DNA from: Cirrosporium novae-zelandiae
Taxonomy: Eukaryota
Assembly: GCA_026023565.1 (NCBI GenBank)
Contig: JAPETS010000058.1
Span: forward strand, 1 to 64,000
DNA length: 64,000 nt
Reading direction: 5' to 3'
The position numbers and the translations under genes were made by a program. Each line of letters opens with the position of its first letter. Positions within the stretch are counted from its first letter, which is position 1. A model generated the notes under the pieces. It saw only the letters and a list, made by a program, of their open reading frames with translations, ran no database searches and was not told the origin of the DNA. Below are positions 62,112 to 64,000 of this stretch, one piece after another.

Positions 62112-62507
62112 TCAGTCCGTGATATATCCCTTTGCGCCATCATTCTGAACATGAAGAAATTTTTGATTTCCGGATGAATAGGCAATCTGCCAAAACACAG
62201 GCTGCTGAATCATTGATATGTATGACATTGAAATGGCATAGAAATACCAGGCTTCCTGAAGCTCAGATTCCGCGTCATGAACCGCCACACCCCAAAGGCC
62301 GTCGATTTGATCGTTTATCACACTAGTGATTCCACCAAAGAGCTCATTTTCGAGAGCCTCGCCAAGTTCAGGCTCGCAATTCTGAAAGCAAACTTCCGAA
62401 TGATATTTAGCAGGTATTTTCTCGACATTAAAGTATGGTGCCGCATGGGCAAGCTTGTGGCAGATTAAAATTGCAGTTTTGAAGTTGTATAACCGTACTT
62501 TCGGCAT
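62112..62507 (-). pseudogene. Fragment of a fungal HExxH-motif protein, likely a relic
   Basis: CHKLAHA (HELAHA-like with E to K) followed by ELGEALENELFGG. The ORF is short with stops around it. Confidence 0.35.
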
Positions 62508-62808
62508 CGCACAGAATAGAATCTAAACAACGTATGTTTCTCTTTCATAATCAAATTGAGAGTGTATAAAACGTATCAAGAGCGCGAAGTAGTACAATGT
62601 TATGTCGAGGAACCTGTTGGATATTGCCCAAAGTGGAGTTAGTGCAAGATTGATGGTCATTAGCCGAGGCAACTTTTCATCACAATTCTACCGAACATCG
62701 GACTGTTACGACTAATTTGATTCCTTGAGAATCAAGAATTATTCAACAGTCTCCTCTCTCTCCTCATTGCTACAGCTAACCGGAGCAGCTCTTATATCTT
62801 TTCTAATC

Positions 62809-63742
62809 ATGTCGACGCCTTTACGAATCTTGGTTCCCGTGAAGAGGGTCATTGACTATGCTGTATGAAGCTGACTTCTACATACCCTCTCACATGTCAT
62901 GAATTCCGAGTCTTGATATGTCGTTCGGTACAATGTGATCACTATTAAACTAACAATCTACTTATTACAGATAAAACCGCGGATTAACAAGGCCCAAACT
63001 GCTGTTGAGACCGCTGGCGTAAAGCATTCTATGAACCCTTTTGATGAGCTCTCCATCGAAGAAGCTGTCCGACTTCGGGAACGAAAACTACCTGTTGAAG
63101 ATATTATTGCATTCTCTGCTGGCCCTACCAAGGCTCAAGATGTGCTGCGAACGGCAATGGCCATGGGAGCGGACCGGAGTATTCATGTCGAGATCACTGA
63201 TAAGGATGGTGACCTGGAGCCATTAAGTGTGGCCAAGTTAATAAAAGGTGTTGTGGAGAAAGAGAATCGGAACTTGGTGATTTTAGGGAAGCAATCGATT
63301 GATGATGACGCAAATCAGACAGGCCAAATGTTGGCTGGATTGCTGAATTGGCCTCAGGCAACGCAGGCTTCCAAGGTTGAATTCAAGGGTGAAAATGTAG
63401 AGGTCACAAGAGAGGTTGACGGGGGAGTGGAAACGTTGAGGGCAAAGCTACCAATGATCATTACGACCGACTTAAGACTGAACGAGCCTCGCTATGCTAG
63501 CTTACCGAATATCATGAAGGCCAAGAAGAAGAAGCTAGAGAAGAGAACACTAGAGGATTATGGTGTTAGTTCTGAGAAGAGACTAAAGACGATCGAGATC
63601 ACAGGTAAGTGCAGGGAGTTGGCTATTGGCATTCGGAGTGGGTTGCTGATGGATGACAGAGCCACCTCCAAGAAAGGGTGGTGGGAAAGTGGAAGATGTC
63701 GATGGTCTGATAGCCAGGCTGAAAGAAAAGGGAGCACTGTAG
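62809..63742 (+). CDS. ETFB: Electron transfer flavoprotein beta subunit, 3 exons
   Basis: MSTPLRILVPVKRVIDYA^IKPRINK, SMNPFDELSIEEA, LGKQSIDDD, VTREVDGG, DLRLNEPRYASLPNIMKAKKK and a last exon PPPRKGGGKV. Confidence 0.96.
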
Positions 63743-64000
63743 CGATTAACTTAGAATCCAGACCGAATCTGTAATAAGCAGAACTCCATTACATGTAGGC
63801 AAAAACGCAAGGTACCTAGGTATCTAAGGGTGGGATAGTTGGGGATAGCCTAGCCCTTTAATGATGCCTTACACAGGACACAGCGTTAAGCGACTACGCC
63901 CTTTAAACCTGCGCCCTTCGGATTATATTTGGTTTATAAAAACAACTCTCCTCCCTTTCATCGAGTTTCCTATTTTTTTTGCCTCCTTCAACCCTTCGAT

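Noticed and set aside
59263..63742. Boron transporter and ETF-beta as cluster or resistance genes
   Set aside because: They look like ordinary conserved housekeeping genes beyond the MITE/FMO border, and nothing in the window indicates duplication

Overview
This is eukaryotic DNA with GT-AG introns and CTAAC-type branch points, and it looks like a filamentous ascomycete. Bases 1-15.5 kb form a low-complexity, repeat-rich, largely decayed region with two tandem C2H2 zinc-finger paralogs, a small CAG-terminated MITE-like family and several hairpins. About 15.7-56.3 kb is an apparently complete nonribosomal peptide biosynthetic gene cluster. In order it encodes an acyltransferase-3, an MFS transporter, an ABCC transporter, an APH/choline-kinase-like phosphotransferase, a pyrroline-5-carboxylate reductase paralog, two unrelated Fe(II)/2-oxoglutarate oxygenases, and a 10-exon NRPS of about 6,747 aa. 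The NRPS architecture is A-T-C-A-T-C-A-T-C-A-T-C-A-T-E-C-A-T-TE (six modules). Its unusual features are thioesterase release (rare in fungal multimodular NRPSs), a D-type C domain with no preceding E domain, three HHxxxDE C domains and two paralogous short-loop (proline-type) A domains at the ends. The cluster also carries a probable methyl/hydroxy-proline supply cassette. Downstream lie an FMO, a BOR1-like boron/bicarbonate transporter, a gene relic and ETF-beta. I do not recognise the product. Novelty cannot be established without database searches, and all gene models were spliced by eye.
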